Below the pieces are notes generated by a model that saw only the letters and a list, made by a program, of their open reading frames with translations, searched no databases and had not been told where the DNA came from. DNA of 64,000 bases, taken from Tolypothrix carrinoi HA7290-LM1. Its GTDB lineage: Bacteria > Cyanobacteriota > Cyanobacteriia > Cyanobacteriales > Nostocaceae. Positions within the stretch are counted from its first letter, which is position 1, and every line of letters begins with the position of its first letter. Both the position numbers and the translations under genes were made by a program. The stretch is from the NCBI GenBank assembly GCA_019358935.1, contig JAHHIK010000002.1, positions 1 to 64,000 on the forward strand, given 5' to 3'. This document shows positions 61,174 through 64,000 of the stretch, one piece after another.

Positions 61174-61578
61174 TCTACTCTCCTTTATTGTGTGGTGTGC
61201 TTGTCTGCCCAACTATCTGCTTTGTCTAATAGAACCATCCATATAACTTTGCACACAAAAAAGAGGTAGAAAGTAAAATAGACATCCTACCATTTCATCA
61301 AAAAATATCTATCATTCTTGATGAGATGCCAATCGAAGTTCGCGCTTGGCAGAGCGACGGCAGTTTGCACACTCGCGGCAACCACGGTAGGTGCATATGC
61401 TGTGAAAACACTTTCACGGCACTGGCAGACTAAGGTCGCGCTGCCTCTAGAGGGCAGAAGTTTATGATCTTGCCTTCAGCATAGCTACCTTATCGAGAGT
61501 CAGATTCAGTCTAAAGTCTGAAACTCAGAAAAAGGGCAAGCAAAATATGCATGAAATTTCTTTCCCAATCCCTAATTC

Positions 61579-63075
61579 CTATTTTTCAAATGGCAAAGAT
61601 GGCGACGAATTTTTAGGAAATATCGCTTCTTCAGTTTGCGGGTCAAAAAAGTGTATTTTATCTGGTGTCAGCGATAACCACAATTGTTCGCCAACACGCA
61701 CAGTGCGATCGCTTGCGACTCGCACTTGCAGGTAATTGCTTGTATAAGTAGTTTGATGCGGCGGTTCGACGGACAGAGGATTCTGTCCGCGCGACACGCC
61801 GCTCGGTTCGACAAGTTTGACTGCAAGATAAGTGTCGTTACCCAAGTTTTCCACCAAGTCCACTTCGACTTGCAGATTTTTGGTTGCAGGTAAACTTATA
61901 CTTAAGTGTTCCGGGCGAATACCTAAAATTAAAGTTTGTCCATCATATTTTTGTAACGCAGTTGCCCAAGTTTCAGGTAAGGTGAGACGAAACTGAGAAT
62001 GAGTAATAAACTGTGGAGCCTGAAATTTTACAGGTATAAAATTCATCGGCGGCGAACCGATGAATTCTGCAACAAAACGATTCGCCGGACGGTTGTATAA
62101 TTCCAATGGAGCAGCTACTTGCTGAATTTGCCCTTGATTCATAATCGCAATGCGATCGCCCATTGTCATCGCTTCGGTTTGGTCGTGGGTAACATAAATT
62201 GTCGTTGTACCCAAATGGCGTTGTAACTTGACAATTTGAGCGCGAGTTTCTGCCCGCAGTTTCGCATCTAAATTAGAAAGCGGTTCATCCATTAAGAATA
62301 CTTGCGGATTGCGGGCGATCGCTCGTCCTAATGCTACCCGTTGTCTTTGTCCACCAGACAACTGTTTGGGTAAGCGATTTAACAAACCTTCCATTTGTAA
62401 TAAATTGGCGACATAACGCACCTGTTGATTCACCGCCCGTTCTTTCTCAGAAATATACCGCAATCCCTTCGGTAACTTTCGCGTCACATCGACTAGTAGA
62501 TTGGATGCCCAGTTTTGCAGATGGGGAGATAAGGGAGAGGGGGGAGACAAGGGAGAGGGGGAAGACAAGGAAGACAAGGGAGAGGGGGAAGATAAGGGAG
62601 AAATTTTTCCAAGTCGTCCCCCTTGTCCCCCTTGTCCCCCTTGTCCCCCTTGTCCCCCACGCCCGTCGCCCCTGTCTCCTTGTCCTCCACTCCGGCGTCG
62701 CAACCCAAAAGCGATATTGTCATACACTGTCATGTGCGGATAAAGGGCGTAATTTTGAAACACCATTGCGATGTCTCGTTCTTTGGGGGGGAGATCGTTA
62801 ACTAAGCGATCGCCTACCCAAATATTACCGCCAGTCATCGCTTCTAACCCCGCTATTAAGCGCAGCAGAGTGCTTTTACCACAACCAGAAGGTCCCACCA
62901 GTACTATAAACTCGCCATCTGCTACAGTCAGGTTAATCCGTCGCAAAACGTTGATATTTTCTGAATGTTCTGGTGTCGCGTCACTTTGGAGTGCATTTTT
63001 AGTTTGCGAAACAACACTTTCCCCTTTCCGAGGGGGAAAACTTTTATAAACGTTTTCTAAAATAACTTGCGCCAC
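61579..63075 (-). CDS. sugar ABC transporter ATP-binding protein (MalK/UgpC family)
   Basis: [35 protein letters not shown] and GIRPE. Confidence 0.93.
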   Translation of the reverse strand: MAQVILENVYKSFPPRKGESVVSQTKNALQSDATPEHSENINVLRRINLTVADGEFIVLVGPSGCGKSTLLRLIAGLEAMTGGNIWVGDRLVNDLPPKERDIAMVFQNYALYPHMTVYDNIAFGLRRRSGGQGDRGDGRGGQGGQGGQGGQGGRLGKISPLSSPSPLSSLSSPSPLSPPSPLSPHLQNWASNLLVDVTRKLPKGLRYISEKERAVNQQVRYVANLLQMEGLLNRLPKQLSGGQRQRVALGRAIARNPQVFLMDEPLSNLDAKLRAETRAQIVKLQRHLGTTTIYVTHDQTEAMTMGDRIAIMNQGQIQQVAAPLELYNRPANRFVAEFIGSPPMNFIPVKFQAPQFITHSQFRLTLPETWATALQKYDGQTLILGIRPEHLSISLPATKNLQVEVDLVENLGNDTYLAVKLVEPSGVSRGQNPLSVEPPHQTTYTSNYLQVRVASDRTVRVGEQLWLSLTPDKIHFFDPQTEEAIFPKNSSPSLPFEK

Positions 63076-63127
63076 GAGTATTTATTATTGAAATTGTTAT
63101 TTGTCAAGGGTTAAGGGTCAATCTTTA

Positions 63128-63180
63128 GACTATAAACTATCAACTATCGACTATCAACTATCAACTATCGACTATCAACT
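63128..63180. repeat. heptamer tandem repeat
   Basis: About 7 copies of ACTATCA/ACTATCG. Confidence 0.85.
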
Positions 63181-63264
63181 TCGTGAATACGAAAAGTTAA
63201 AAAAATAGCTTTTAGCACAAAAAGCGAACTACCTTAAATTTAAAGGCTTTTAAGAGGCGTGTTT

Positions 63265-64000
63265 ATGACTGCTAATATACCCTCGAATTCTGTTCAAGAG
63301 CCAACCGTTAATCTTGCTCATGATATTTTAGACGTACAAACCACATCTTGTTGCATTGTTGGTGGTGGTCCTGCGGGTGCGGTGTTGGCTTTGTTGTTAG
63401 CGCGTCAAGGTATCCCGGTGATGCTGCTGGAAACACATAAAGATTTTGACCGCGACTTTCGGGGAGATACAATTCATCCGTCTGTGATGCAGATTATGGA
63501 GGAATTGAATTTAAGCGATCGCTTATTGCAATTGCCCCACAACAAGATGCGCCAAATTAAAATTCAAAGTCCTAATGCTACCGCTACCTTGGCTGACTTT
63601 AGTCACCTAAAAACCCGCTACCCCTATATTACGATGCTTCCGCAGGTTAAGTTCCTGGAGTTCATCATCTCTGAAGCGCAAAAATACCCGAATTTTCACT
63701 TAGTCATGGGTGCAAATGTACAGGAATTAATTGAGGAAAATGGCGTAATTCAAGGTGTCCGCTATCGGGGGCAAGGTGGCTGGCACGAAGTCCGGGCTTT
63801 ACTTACAGTCGGTGCAGACGGTCGGCATTCCCGATTGCGACAACTAGGCAACTTTGAATCAATTAACACCTCACCTCCAATGGATGTGTTATGGTTTCGT
63901 TTACCGAAAAAACCAGAAGATACTGAGGATGGAGTAGGTCGCATTGGTCGCGGTCATATTCTCGCCATGCTTAACAGGTCTGATTCTTGGCAAATTGGCT
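63265..64000 (+). CDS. FAD-dependent monooxygenase/oxidoreductase (runs off the window end)
   Basis: IVGGGPAG Rossmann motif, RDFRGD and VGADG; open to the window end, so absent from the ORF track. Confidence 0.88.
   Translation, partial: MTANIPSNSVQEPTVNLAHDILDVQTTSCCIVGGGPAGAVLALLLARQGIPVMLLETHKDFDRDFRGDTIHPSVMQIMEELNLSDRLLQLPHNKMRQIKIQSPNATATLADFSHLKTRYPYITMLPQVKFLEFIISEAQKYPNFHLVMGANVQELIEENGVIQGVRYRGQGGWHEVRALLTVGADGRHSRLRQLGNFESINTSPPMDVLWFRLPKKPEDTEDGVGRIGRGHILAMLNRSDSWQIG

Overview
64 kb from a filamentous, probably heterocyst-forming cyanobacterium (Nostocales-like). Evidence: dense HIP1 GCGATCGC octamers, 7-9 nt short tandem repeats, raf1 and chlB. The left half (2.1-12.0 kb, + strand) is a lasso-peptide gene cluster: stand-alone RRE (B1), B2 leader peptidase, AsnB-like cyclase, two tandem precursor genes encoding identical peptides with an unusually long two-Cys core, an HPr-kinase-like enzyme, an ABC exporter, a phosphoribosyltransferase-like protein fused to a second RRE/PqqD domain, a methyltransferase and a nucleotidyltransferase. 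It converges on a ~21 kb minus-strand surface-glycan locus: a Wzy/WaaL-like membrane protein, 11 glycosyltransferases, a pyruvyltransferase, a methyltransferase, Wzm/Wzt and WecB/TagA. The right half is mostly housekeeping: two tRNA-Leu genes, M48 peptidase, murA, TrmH, raf1, a UvrD-like helicase, rpmI-rplT, chlB, a mannose-1-P guanylyltransferase/PMM, CheB and a MalK-like ATPase. It is interrupted by a decayed toxin-antitoxin patch, a non-autonomous IS200/IS605-like element and many small repeats, some read through in frame inside proteins. The best candidate for a new system is the RRE-guided PRTase in the lasso cluster, which suggests peptide phosphoribosylation, possibly linked to glycosylation. 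All calls come from motif recognition by eye; no database searches were run.
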